Shown here one piece after another: positions 1-9,975 of a DNA stretch of 64,000 nt. The stretch is from the NCBI GenBank assembly GCA_007378955.1, contig VMGY01000003.1, positions 26,264-90,263 of the forward strand. Reading direction: 5' to 3'. The DNA is from Parcubacteria group bacterium Athens0714_12 (lineage in GTDB: Bacteria; Patescibacteriota; Patescibacteriia; UBA2591; VMGY01). The stretch's first letter is position 1. Each line of letters begins with the position of its first letter. Made by a program: the position numbers and the translations under genes. The notes under the pieces were generated by a model. The model saw only the letters and a list, made by a program, of their open reading frames with translations. It did no database searches and was not told where the DNA came from.

Positions 1-1
1 G

Positions 2-289
2 GGAACCAATGACGAGAGAAAAATAGAAGTTACGAAGCCGATTATTTCCAATATTAAAAAACCTGGTCCGGCTCGTTATCTTGAAAGTGAAACTTTAAAG
101 CCGGGAGAAATAAAAATGATTGAAAGAGCTCATGACGGCGCTGACGCGGAATTCACCAGAACTGTTATTTATTCCGCTCCGGAAAAAGAAAAACTTGAAG
201 AAACTTGGACCAGCCGCTACAAGCCATGGCAAGCTGTTTATTTAATTCCCAAAACCTCCACCACCTCGGAAAAAATCATCAAAGAATAA
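2..289 (+). CDS. C-terminal ~95 aa of an upstream gene (hypothetical); partial at window edge
   Basis: Open frame from window start to TAA at 287-289; no recognisable motif. Confidence 0.3.
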   Translation, partial: GTNDERKIEVTKPIISNIKKPGPARYLESETLKPGEIKMIERAHDGADAEFTRTVIYSAPEKEKLEETWTSRYKPWQAVYLIPKTSTTSEKIIKE

Positions 290-302
290 AAAAGACCGGA
301 TT

Positions 303-515
303 TTATTTTTTCCGATCTCTTAAATGTATGCTAAAAGTGATTGAAGTGGCATTGGCCTCGGAATTAAACATTTCTTTATCAAGTGTTATTTGAGTTATAA
401 AAAAATCTTCAATCCCTAAAACCGCGGTTTTGATTAATATTTTTTTATCTTTGTCATTTTCCGCGATCACGTTGATTTTCCAAACTTTTGAATTGAATTT
501 TACCTTTACCTTCAT
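303..515 (-). CDS. small hypothetical protein (70 aa)
   Basis: ORF-track ORF; GGAGGGGG Shine-Dalgarno 4 nt upstream of ATG; no family recognised. Confidence 0.3.
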   Translation of the reverse strand: MKVKVKFNSKVWKINVIAENDKDKKILIKTAVLGIEDFFITQITLDKEMFNSEANATSITFSIHLRDRKK

Positions 516-717
516 TCCCCCTCCTTTTTTAAATTTTTAAAGTTTTTATCCCATTCAAAAGTCTGCAGACAAGAAGATTATCTGAAGTAGCAACCGAGTT
601 AAAAACCCAGTAAATGCCCTTCTTGAGAATCCCCATGCTTTTCGTGCCTGCAGGCTTTAAAATGGAATTTTCAGCGTATTTTAACGACAAGAAACATACT
701 AACACATTTTATTCGGC

Positions 718-2085
718 TTGTCAATGACGACAAATAAATCAAAAATTTTTCTCTATTTTTGCTTAAGTTTCATTTTAGGAGTCGCCTTGCGCTCTTTTTT
801 TGATATTTCTTTTTTTCAAAGTTACATTTTATTTTTAACCAGTTTAGTAATCGCTATTTTGTCGCCCAAAACGCGCTGGCTGGCAATGGGAGGATTTTTT
901 TTATTTTTAGGAATTTTAATATATAACTTAAATTTGCCCGAATTATCCAAAAATAAAATTTCTTTTTATAATAATCAAAATCAAAATATTTCTTTTCAGG
1001 GAATAATCGCCAAAGAGCCGGAAATAGAAATTGATAAGCAAAATTTAACCATTGAAAGCGAGGCGGCTTTCATTAATCAAAGATGGCAAAAAATATCCGG
1101 TCGCGTTTTGATTGGCGTAAAGCTTTACCCCCGATATAGTTATGGCGACCGGATAGAAATCAAATGCGGCTTAAAGTCGCCGGAAAAAATTGAAAATTTT
1201 GATTATGCCGCTTATTTATCGCCGCAAAAAATTTATTCGCTCTGCTATTATCCAAAAATTAAAATCTTATCCGATAATCAGGGAAACGCCTTTTTGGCCA
1301 AGATCTTAAAAATCAAAAACAAGCTTCAATCAATCATTAATTATTCTTTGCCGGAGCCGCACGCTTCCCTCTTTTCGGCTATATTTTTGGGCAATCGCTC
1401 TGCTTTGCCGCAAGAATTATTGGAAAAATTCAAAAGAGCGGGCATCAGCCACATCATTGCCATTTCCGGCCTGCATGTTGCTATTATCGGCTTGATTTTA
1501 TCTAACTTATTTTTATTATTTTGCCTTCCCAAAAAATACGCTTTTTATTTGTCATCTGTTTCTCTTTTTTTATTTGTCGTTTTAACCGGCGCCAGAAGCA
1601 GCGTCATCAGAGCGGGCATTATGGGCTTTTTAATTTTATTGGCGGAAAAAGAAGGCAGATTAAAAAATTCCCTTAACGCTCTTGTTTTCACCGCCGCTTT
1701 AATGATTCTTTTTAATCCTTTTTTATTAAAGAACGACATTGGCTTCCAATTATCTTTTTTGGCGGTTTTAGGAATAATTTATTTTTATCCTTTTTTTGAT
1801 AATCTGAAATTTCTCCAAAAATTGCCTGATTTTTTAAAAAGCATTTTTTCCGTCACTCTTTCCGCTCAATTGGCGACTCTGCCTTTGATTATTTATTATT
1901 TTCATTATTACTCGATTATCGCGCCCTTAACCAATCTTTTAATTTTGCCCGCTCTGCCTTTGATGATGGCTTTGGGATTTTTATTTATTTTTATCGGGCT
2001 ATTCTATCCGCCTTTGGCAAAATTTCTTTTTGTTTTTGTTTATTTAATTCTGGATTATATTATAAAAATAACAGGGATTATCTAA
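718..2085 (+). CDS. comEC: ComEC/Rec2 DNA-uptake channel, N-terminal plus competence membrane domain (multi-TM)
   Basis: Polytopic membrane protein with GISHIIAISGLHV-type ComEC competence-domain motif; followed immediately by the MBL domain ORF. Confidence 0.7.
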   Translation: MSMTTNKSKIFLYFCLSFILGVALRSFFDISFFQSYILFLTSLVIAILSPKTRWLAMGGFFLFLGILIYNLNLPELSKNKISFYNNQNQNISFQGIIAKEPEIEIDKQNLTIESEAAFINQRWQKISGRVLIGVKLYPRYSYGDRIEIKCGLKSPEKIENFDYAAYLSPQKIYSLCYYPKIKILSDNQGNAFLAKILKIKNKLQSIINYSLPEPHASLFSAIFLGNRSALPQELLEKFKRAGISHIIAISGLHVAIIGLILSNLFLLFCLPKKYAFYLSSVSLFLFVVLTGARSSVIRAGIMGFLILLAEKEGRLKNSLNALVFTAALMILFNPFLLKNDIGFQLSFLAVLGIIYFYPFFDNLKFLQKLPDFLKSIFSVTLSAQLATLPLIIYYFHYYSIIAPLTNLLILPALPLMMALGFLFIFIGLFYPPLAKFLFVFVYLILDYIIKITGII

Positions 2086-2088
2086 TTT

Positions 2089-2934
2089 ATGCTTAAAAAA
2101 ATCATTGTCCTTGTTTTATTAATCATTGCTTTATCAGGCCCGACTGTTTGGCAAAATGAATTTGATAAAAATTTAAAAGTAATTTTTTTAAATGTCGGCC
2201 AAGGCGACGCTATTTTAATCAAGACTCCCGACAAAAAACATATTTTAATTGACGGCGGCCCGGATAACAAAGTCATTTACGGCTTAGGAAAAAATATCCC
2301 TTTTTACCGGCAAAAAATAGATTTAATGATTTTGACTCACTCCGACCTTGACCATCTTACCGGCTTAATAGAAGTCTTAAAAAGATATCAAGTGAAATCA
2401 ATTTTATACAACGGCTTGGAAGACGACAGCCCTGAATTTCAGGAATGGCTGAAAATAATCAAAGAAAAAAATATTCCTTTACAAATTACCCAAGCGGGCG
2501 ATGAAATGAAATCCGGCGAAGATTTAATTTTAAAAACAATTTATCCATTTGAAACGCCGGCTGAAAATCCGGAAAATAACAACAATACTTCGGTTGTCAA
2601 TAAATTGATTTATAAAAATATCTCTTTTCTTTTTACCGGCGATTTGGAAAGCGAAGCAGAGGAAAAATTATTAAGCCAAAATATTGATTTAAAAAGCGAT
2701 ATTTTAAAAGTAGGCCATCATGGAGCAAAAAAATCAACCGGTAAAAATTTCTTGAGAAAAGTTAAGCCGGAATATGCTGTCATCAGTGTCGGGAAAAACA
2801 ACTTCGGCCATCCAAGCCTTAGAGTTTTGAAAAATTTACAAGAAGCGGGCGCGGCAATTTTAAGGACTGATTCGCAAGGCGAAATAAAAATATCCACTGA
2901 CGGAGAAAAAATAGAAATTTTTACTTCCCTCTGA
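2089..2934 (+). CDS. MBL-fold metallo-hydrolase, ComEC C-terminal (beta-lactamase-like) domain encoded as a separate ORF
   Basis: HxHxDH motif (LTHSDLDHLTG), GDLE, VGHHG, fold typical of ComEC C-terminal domain; start 4 nt after comEC stop. Confidence 0.7.
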   Translation: MLKKIIVLVLLIIALSGPTVWQNEFDKNLKVIFLNVGQGDAILIKTPDKKHILIDGGPDNKVIYGLGKNIPFYRQKIDLMILTHSDLDHLTGLIEVLKRYQVKSILYNGLEDDSPEFQEWLKIIKEKNIPLQITQAGDEMKSGEDLILKTIYPFETPAENPENNNNTSVVNKLIYKNISFLFTGDLESEAEEKLLSQNIDLKSDILKVGHHGAKKSTGKNFLRKVKPEYAVISVGKNNFGHPSLRVLKNLQEAGAAILRTDSQGEIKISTDGEKIEIFTSL

Positions 2935-2974
2935 ATTAAAATCTTATAAAAAAATGTAGGCGACTTATTTTTTA

Positions 2975-3012
2975 TCAACAAAAAAAAGAACACTCCTTTA
3001 AGAATGTTCTTT
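2975..3012 (-). terminator. stem-loop plus T-run downstream of 5S rRNA
   Basis: On minus strand aagaaca..tgttctt stem followed by TTTTTTTT. Confidence 0.4.
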
Positions 3013-3020
3013 TATCAATT

Positions 3021-3136
3021 CCTGGCATTGGCCTACTTTCCCACACCCACAATGGGGTAAGTATCATCGGCGCTGAGATGCTTAACTGCCGTGTTCGGAA
3101 TGGGAACGGGTGTTGCCATCTCGCTAGAAACACCAG
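3021..3136 (-). rRNA. rrf: 5S rRNA
   Basis: Reverse complement reads ...ccgaacacggcagttaagc...cgccgatgatac... matching the 5S consensus; located just 3' of 23S. Confidence 0.85.
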
Positions 3137-3520
3137 AAAAATTTATAAATGGTTTTTCCCGCTTAAATTTTTGAGTTAAAAAATATTTTAAAAGCCCAAA
3201 AATTTAAGCGGGAAAAATTGTATTCCAATAATTCTTGCGGTTAAAATGAGTTATTAGTACGGCTCAGCTCAATCCATTGCTGGACTTACACTTGCCGCCT
3301 ATCAAACCTCTAATCTAGAGGACTCTATGAAATCTAATCTTGGGTTAGGCTTCGCACTTAGATGCTTTCAGCGCTTATCCAAACCGAACTTAGCTACCCA
3401 GCGATGCCCTTGGCAGGACAACTGGTACACTAGAGGTTCGTCCTTCCCGATCCTCTCGTACAAGGGAAGAATCCCCTCAAATTTCGACGTCTACGGCAGA
3501 TAGGAGACCGAACTGTCTCA

Positions 3521-4261
3521 CGCATATTATTCCATTATTACTAATGGTATAGACTATATCTTCGCCCTTCTTTAATAGATAAAGTTAGGGTGAGCGGCGT
3601 ATGATAACAGTTTTAAATTAATTTTCTGCTATCTCATCTTAAAAAATTTTAAGAATCAGTCGTTACGGGGAAATAATTTATGTTCTTCTAAAAATTTTTT
3701 CACGACTTTGGTAGTATTAATTCTCTTCTTTGAATAATTCAATTCTCCGAATTTGTCTACCAATAAACTAGCTTTTAAAAATTTTTTAATATTAAATTTA
3801 CCTTTTAAAACCTTGTTTATTTTTAAAGCTAATTTTATGTGCTCTTTTTTTAGCCTAACATAAGGCGCTAATAATCCCAAAATTTCTATAACGGGTTTAA
3901 TTCCTACTATGGTATATTCCGTCATCATATCTTTTCTATCTCTGATATATCCGTACTTTAGAATACTTTTTAACCATAGAAGATGATTATGGCGATCAAT
4001 TTTCTGATAAAAAACTATACTGGCTCTTATTTGATAGCCATAAATATAATCTTTCCGTCTTACTAATTGAAACATTATACAACCATCACCATCTAAAAAA
4101 CCCGAAATATAAGATTTAACTTCTTTTGAAATTACAAACGACATAAAATATTTCTTCCCTCGGTATAGCCCTTACAAATCAGTTCTAAAGTTGTAAGGAT
4201 TCCACCGATATAGCCACTTTTATTATACCGCGTTTCCGCGGTAAGACGCAATGTAATTTAC
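3521..4261 (-). mobile_element. group I intron in 23S at about the E. coli 2585/2586-equivalent site, carrying a LAGLIDADG homing endonuclease gene
   Basis: 23S exon sequence ...GGGTTCAGAACGT | CGTGAGACAGTTCGG... is interrupted by about 740 nt containing an HE ORF; boundaries approximate. Confidence 0.6.
3656..4144 (-). CDS. LAGLIDADG homing endonuclease (intron-encoded)
   Basis: GFLDGDGCI LAGLIDADG motif; lies inside the 23S insertion. Confidence 0.8.
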   Translation of the reverse strand: MSFVISKEVKSYISGFLDGDGCIMFQLVRRKDYIYGYQIRASIVFYQKIDRHNHLLWLKSILKYGYIRDRKDMMTEYTIVGIKPVIEILGLLAPYVRLKKEHIKLALKINKVLKGKFNIKKFLKASLLVDKFGELNYSKKRINTTKVVKKFLEEHKLFPRND

Positions 4262-4323
4262 GTTCTGAACCCAGCTCGCGTATCGCTTTAATTGGCGAAC
4301 AGCCAAACCATTGGGAGCTTCTT

Positions 4324-4367
<44 letters not shown>

Positions 4368-5062
4368 TCGTCGATATGAACTCTTGGAGGAGATCAGCCT
4401 GTTATCCCCGGAGTAGCTTTTATCCGTTGAGCTTCCGCGCTCCTATGAGCAGCGGTCGGATCACTAAGTTCTGCTTTCGCACCTGCGCGGCTTGTAGGCC
4501 TTGCAGTCAAGCTGGCTTTTGCCTTTACGCGTCCAGCGCGGTTTCCATCCGCGCTAAGCCAACCTTTGTAAACTTCTCCGTTACCATTTAGGAGAAATCC
4601 GCCCCAGACAAACTACCTACCAGATACTGTCCCCGGACCGGTACCTGAATTCTTATTTTTAAATAAAAATCCAAATATCGGTCTAGGGTTAGAATTAAAA
4701 ATACACAAGGGTGGTATCTCACTGGCGGCTGCCTTGCGGCAACCTCCCACCTATTCTGAACATGAATATCCCTAATCCAATATCAAGCTATAGTAAAGCT
4801 TCACGGGGTCTTTTCGTCTAGCCGTAGATAAAGAGCATCTTCACTCCTCTTGCAATTTCACCGAGTCTCTCGTCAAGACAGTTCTCATGTTGTTATGCCA
4901 TTCGTGCAGGTCGTAACTCACACGACAAGGGATTTCGCTCATTTTTGTTATCCTTTTAATAAAGGAGTGTAGGCATTTCTGCTACACACTGTATGTCGCC
5001 ATACAGATCGGACTATATCTTCCCGCCTCATTGGCAGGTTTGGCGTATAGTCTCTGGGGATA

Positions 5063-5545
5063 CTAAAGCTTTCTTACCTTTTTACGATTCATCATGCTAA
5101 TTAAATTGGCAATTTTCTTAAAACCAGAATTTTCTAGGTGTTTTCCTTTTCTCATTAATCTTACTACTTGAACAAAAATCTTAAAATCTTTTTTCTTAGC
5201 CGTTTTCAAAAGATTTTTCTCAAAGAATGGAATAATTTTTTCTTCCAATTCTTTTAAATTTCTCACGCAATAACGATAAATGTTTTCTTTGTGATTATCC
5301 CATCTTCTATTAATTGTTATCGTTCCGCAATTGAAAAATTCTTTCATAAGATTTAAAACTGAAAAACTTTTTTTCCCTTGTGTTACCACAAATTCCGGGA
5401 AAACTTGCCAACCGTTTTTGGTTGTCGGATTTCTAAAAATACTAACCGTGAAACAGCCTTCTCCATCAGTAAATCCTACAACCCAATTAGCGAACTTTAG
5501 TCTTTCCTGCTGATTGTCTGCACTAGATGATTTTTCACTTGGCAT
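5063..5545 (-). CDS. LAGLIDADG homing endonuclease (intron-encoded)
   Basis: GFTDGEGCF LAGLIDADG motif; inside the 23S insertion. Confidence 0.8.
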   Translation of the reverse strand: MPSEKSSSADNQQERLKFANWVVGFTDGEGCFTVSIFRNPTTKNGWQVFPEFVVTQGKKSFSVLNLMKEFFNCGTITINRRWDNHKENIYRYCVRNLKELEEKIIPFFEKNLLKTAKKKDFKIFVQVVRLMRKGKHLENSGFKKIANLISMMNRKKVRKL

Positions 5546-5761
5546 AATTAAACTTTATAATATATGGTTTAATTATACCATAGTACCACTAGATACTCCA
5601 GACTTTCCAGCATATAGCCAAATTTTACTAAGGCTAGCAAAACTAACCATAGGACGATTCATTTGTGTTAGCTCATGGTCGCCCATGAGATCGGACTATA
5701 TCATATCACCATCTCTGATGATTTCGGCGTATAGTCTCTGAGGATCCTCTTAATTTAAATT

Positions 5762-5875
5762 TTATTCAATCCATTCCCTGTCAGTAAAACTAGAAAGAAA
5801 ATAACCAAAATAAAATGGAATATTTTTAATAAGAGTTTCCTGCTGATTGTCCCCACTGGACATTTTTTTACTCAT
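5762..5875 (-). pseudogene. truncated remnant of a second intron homing-endonuclease gene (37 codons)
   Basis: MSKKMSSGDNQQETL... parallels the N-terminus of the 5063-5545 HE (MPSEKSSSADNQQERL...), then terminates; the DNA is a diverged duplicate. Confidence 0.45.
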
Positions 5876-6198
5876 TAATTTTGAGTAATGCCAGATACAC
5901 GGGATATTCCAGCATACAGCCGAATTTTATAACTACAATTGTCTCATAGTTATCGCCGGCGTTCATCAGCGCTTAAGTTCAAAGCTTTGCCCTGTAAACA
6001 GGGCTAACCTCTCCCCTTAACGTTCTGACACTGGCCAGGCATCAGCCCCTATACTTCAGCTTTCGCTTTTGCAGGGACCTAAGTTTTTGGTAAACAGTCA
6101 CATGAGATCTTTTACTGCGGGTCGCACAAGGCGACCAATGCTTATTCCGAAGTTACGCACGTTGTATTGCCGAGTTCCTTAACGAGAGTTCTCTCGTA

Positions 6199-6236
<38 letters not shown>

Positions 6237-7401
6237 ACGGTACGGATTTGCCAAACCTAACTCTTCAAAAATTTTCTGGGAAAGTTGCTCATTTGTATCG
6301 CCTTGATAAATCAAAACTTTTCGCCCTTCATTGGGAAAACCCTCAAAGGACAAATGTAAATCCAATAATACACACAAATTACAAACCTTCGTCTTTCTGA
6401 AAAAAATTTGGCAAAGGGTAGGAATATTAACCTACTGTCCATCGTCTACGCCATTCGGCCTCGACTTAGGACCGCCTAACCCTGGGATAATAATTATTGC
6501 CCAGGAAACCTTAGGTTTTCGGTGGTCTGGATTCTCACCAGACTTTTTGCTACTCATACCAACATTCTCTCTTCCATAACCTCCACCGACTCTCGCGGGT
6601 CGGCTTCAATGATTATGGAATGCTCCCCTACCAACCACTGCTACGCAGTGGTTTTACATCTTCGGTATCAAACTTGAGCCCCGGTAAATTTTCGGCGCAA
6701 CGCGACTTGACCAGTGAGCTGTTACGCTTTCTTTGAAAGATGGCTGCTTCTAAGCCAACTTCCTGGTTGTCATAGTTGAATCACTGCCTTTAACACTTAG
6801 TTTGAATTTTGGGACCTTAGATGGTAATCTGGGCTGTTTCCCTTTTGACTAATGGAGCTTAGCCCCCATAGTCTGACTCCAGTCGTATAATGTTGCCGGA
6901 ATTCGGAGTTTGGTTGAATTAAGTAGGCAAAGCCATCTTAACTCATTCAGTGCTCTACCTCCGGACATCACGACCAGGCTAGCCCTAAAGCTATTTCGGG
7001 GAGAACCAGCTATCACGAGGTTCGATTGGAATTTCACCCCTAACCACAACTCATCCCAAAGTATTGCACGACTTACGGGTTCGGGCCTCCCCCCGATTTT
7101 CATCGGGGTTCACCCTGGCCATGGCTAGCTCACCTCGCTTCGGGTCAAATATGTATTACCTTACATTAAATTAGTGAATTAATTATTATTTATAATCAAC
7201 TCACTAATTATAATGTACGCGCGCTATTAACACTTGGTTTCCCTTCGACTCCACTGTTTTAAGCAGTTTAGTCAAGCAACACACATAAACTCGTTGGTTC
7301 ATTCTTCAATAGGCACGCCGTCACCCCGACTTAACGTCAGGGCTCCGACTCCTTGTAAGCATATGGTTTCAGATTCTATTTCATCGCCCTCACCGGGCTA
7401 T

Positions 7402-7437
<36 letters not shown>

Positions 7438-7794
7438 ATGGCCAAAAGTATTTAGCCTTAGGTCATAGTCGACCTGGTTTCAAATAGGATTTCACGTGTC
7501 CTATTTTACTTGAGAAAAATTACTAGAAGCACAAAACACTTTTCATTTACAGGACTTTCACCTTCTATGGTTCCGCTTTCCAACGGATTCAATTAAGTAA
7601 GTTTTGATTAATATTTACTTCCTCCGGTTTTCCTAGTCCCGGAACATAATCCTCTCGCAACATCCTATAAAACATTTTAGCCTAGGAGCCTTACCTTTTA
7701 CTTCAAGTTCCGCCCGAAGGCAGACTTTCCATAAAAGTTAGGTTTTATAAGATTTAGGCTGTTCCCCGTTCGCTCGCCACTACTAGGGGAATGC

Positions 7795-8133
7795 AAGTAA
7801 CTAAACATTGGTAACTGATTTTGAGGGGGGAGATTTCTCCCCCTCGAATTTTTATAAAAAACGGGAAAATTTTATTTCTGTTCCTTCGCCGATGCTAAAA
7901 ATTTTATTAGCATCGCCATTTATAGAACCGCAAAAAGAGACATAAGCGTATTTCTGTTGTTTTTTCTCTTCCACTTTTATTATTTTCGCTCTTATTTTCT
8001 CTTTTTTATTTCTTATCTTTAAAAAAATTTTCATACTGCGATTCGATAAATCTTTTACTTTTATCATTAAGCCCTCCTTTTTTCGTTTTATAAAAATAAT
8101 TAATCCTCAAAATCAGCTACCAAAATTAGTTAC
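7795..8133 (-). other. intervening-sequence (IVS)-like insertion in 23S domain I: about 30-bp inverted-repeat stem enclosing an AT-rich loop with a 71-aa ORF (7852-8067)
   Basis: cctcaaaatcag(c/t)taccaa..ttagttac at 8104-8133 and inverted at 7795-7827; GGGGGAGAtttcTCCCCC hairpin at 7826-7845; flanked by conserved 23S blocks. Confidence 0.45.
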
Positions 8134-8722
8134 TATTATTTTTTTTCTTTTCCTCCGCTTACTGAGATGTTTCACTTCAGCGGGTTTGCTTCGTCAACCT
8201 ATGAATTCAGTTAACGATACTTTGGTTTTAAATCAAAGTGGGTTTCCCCATTCGGAAATCCCCGGGTCAAAGGTTGCTTGCCACCTTACCGAGGCTTATC
8301 GCAGGCTGCTACGTCCTTCATCGCCTTTTGGTCTCAAGGCATCCACCATATGCATTAAAATAACCGCAAGAATTATTGAAATACAATAATTCTTTAAACT
8401 TATATAATGCTCTTTATATTTTTTTGATATGCTTTTTAATTGTCAATGTTCTTTCCTTAACTTCCAGAGATAAGAATATATCCTTATCTTTGAAAACTAT
8501 GGTATTAAAAAAACCGCTTTTAAGCGGCTCTGGACACTACCTAAAATATCCTTAATTTAACCGCTTAGGATTGAAAGTTGTATTAACTGTCGCATAATTA
8601 TTTCTATCTTTAAATAATTAATTTAATTAATGCTTCTTATTATATCAATATCTTTCTCTCTTTTCAATACTCGAAAATGTGAAAGATATGTGGATAACTA
8701 AGGATTATTTTTAGTTAGTTAT

Positions 8723-8750
8723 ATTATAAACCTTTAAAAATCTTTGTCAA
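8723..8750 (-). promoter_or_regulatory. sigma70-like promoter (TTGACA-16-TATAAT) upstream of 23S
   Basis: Minus strand: TTGACA (8745-8750), 16-nt spacer, TATAAT (8723-8728). Confidence 0.4.
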
Positions 8751-8792
8751 TAGTCAATTTGAAATTATTAGTTATAAGTTATGTGTTGAGTC

Positions 8793-8880
8793 TGGTGCCG
8801 CGGGAGGGACTTGAACCCTCAAGACCTTGCGGTCACAAGATTTTAAGTCTTGCGTGTATACCAATTCCACCACCGCGGCA
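8793..8880 (-). tRNA. tRNA-Leu (anticodon TAA), CCA encoded
   Basis: Cloverleaf by eye; anticodon loop ctTAAaa; long variable arm; 88 nt. Confidence 0.8.
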
Positions 8881-8883
8881 TGA

Positions 8884-8912
8884 AACAACCGACAACTAAC
8901 AACTGATAACTA
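8884..8912. repeat. AACTAACAACT/GTTGTTAGTT heptamer-type repeat block between tRNA-Leu and tRNA-Gly (5' leader side of tRNA-Leu)
   Basis: caaccgacaactaacaactgataactaa. Confidence 0.5.
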
Positions 8913-8921
8913 AAATAAATT

Positions 8922-8996
8922 TGGAGCGGGTAAGGGGAGTCGAACCCCTTTCACCGGCTTGGAAAGCCGAGGTAATACCGGTATACGATACCCGCC
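8922..8996 (-). tRNA. tRNA-Gly (anticodon TCC), CCA encoded
   Basis: Acceptor gcgggta/tacccgc; anticodon stem ccggc/gccgg; loop ttTCCaa. Confidence 0.75.
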
Positions 8997-9352
8997 TAAA
9001 AATAAAAATTATTTCTCGCTCAATCTAAACGTTCTTCAGTTCCCGCGTCAATCCATTGCCCTTGATAAATAAAAGCTGATAATTTTCTTTGTTTAACAAT
9101 TTCAGAAAAAATATCTTTTTCAATAGAAAATTTATCTTTATTAATATTTTTAAAAAATTTCGGCGAAAGACTATAAAAAACCTACCTTGATAAATCCTTT
9201 TTCTCCGGCTAAAATAATTACTTTCATCCCGTTAGAAATTAAATATTTAAAAATATATGTACTCCTATTAGGAATTTATTATAAAAATGGAATTTCTAAG
9301 GGGATTCATAAAAAACTTTTAATTCGCCTTCGCTACGCTACGGCGAAATAAA

Positions 9353-9424
9353 TCGGGGTACAGGGATTCGAACCCAGACTAAATCCTCCCAAAGGACTTG
9401 TGCTAGCCATTACACTATACCCCG
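9353..9424 (-). tRNA. tRNA-Pro (anticodon TGG), no encoded CCA
   Basis: Acceptor cggggta/taccccg; T-loop ttcgaat; anticodon loop ttTGGga. Confidence 0.75.
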
Positions 9425-9436
9425 TTGCTTATTAAA

Positions 9437-9817
9437 CTATATTACATCTCTGCTGTTTTTTTCAGAATGTAATATCCTATGACAGTTTGCGCAAACAACA
9501 ACACATTTTTTTATCTCTTTTTTGATCCGATTAAAACCTTGTCCTTCTGTCAAGGCAGCCCCCACGCTAAACTTTTTATCGTTATCATTATCGTGATGAA
9601 AATCAAGTACTCTAGGATCAGCAATGCCACATTTGCTGCATTTCTGTTTTCTCTTATAATCAGCAATCCATCGGCGATACTTCTGCCTAAGTTCTTTTTT
9701 TGCGATACGATAGCAAGATTTACATTTGTGGCGCCGGTAGACTTTATTTTTAATCGTTAAAGCAACGCCAAATTCTGACTCTGGATAACGTTTATTACAA
9801 TATTTACATATTCTCAT
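9437..9817 (-). CDS. HNH homing endonuclease (free-standing, inside the tRNA cluster)
   Basis: Multiple CxxC pairs, HH..N..CANCH HNH motif (CVVVCANCHRILH); 126 aa. Confidence 0.8.
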   Translation of the reverse strand: MRICKYCNKRYPESEFGVALTIKNKVYRRHKCKSCYRIAKKELRQKYRRWIADYKRKQKCSKCGIADPRVLDFHHDNDNDKKFSVGAALTEGQGFNRIKKEIKKCVVVCANCHRILHSEKNSRDVI

Positions 9818-9900
9818 ATATAGTTATTATAACATTTTGAACCCATATGTAAAAGGTTCAAAATAATCGTTATTTCATTTTTAAATCAAGTAAATAACTC

Positions 9901-9975
9901 TGGTGCCGAGGGGGAGGATCGAACTCCCGACACAATGATTTTCAGTCATTTGCTCTACCACTGAGCTACCTCGGC
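9901..9975 (-). tRNA. tRNA-Phe (anticodon GAA), CCA encoded
   Basis: gccgaggtagctcagtggtagagc..ctGAAaa..ttcgatc; 75 nt. Confidence 0.85.

Larger units (their letters stand above)
4945..5943 (-). mobile_element. two tandem related group I introns in 23S domain IV (E. coli about 1917-1931 region); one with an intact HE, the other with a decayed HE remnant
   Basis: 23S exon ...GCGAAATCCCTTGTCG... resumes at about 4944. Internal duplicated blocks: gatcggactatatc..ggcgtatagtctctg(g/a)gg at 5000-5060 and 5690-5745; ttcctgctgattgtc at 5505 and 5828. Boundaries approximate. Confidence 0.5.

Noticed and set aside
8689-8697. Perfect DnaA boxes (TGTGGATAA at 8689-8697; TTATCCACA at 15012-15020) considered as oriC markers
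   Set aside because: Two perfect nonamers in 64 kb of about 30% GC sequence is close to chance expectation (about 1), and neither lies in a strand-switch region. The origin is more plausibly next to dnaA.
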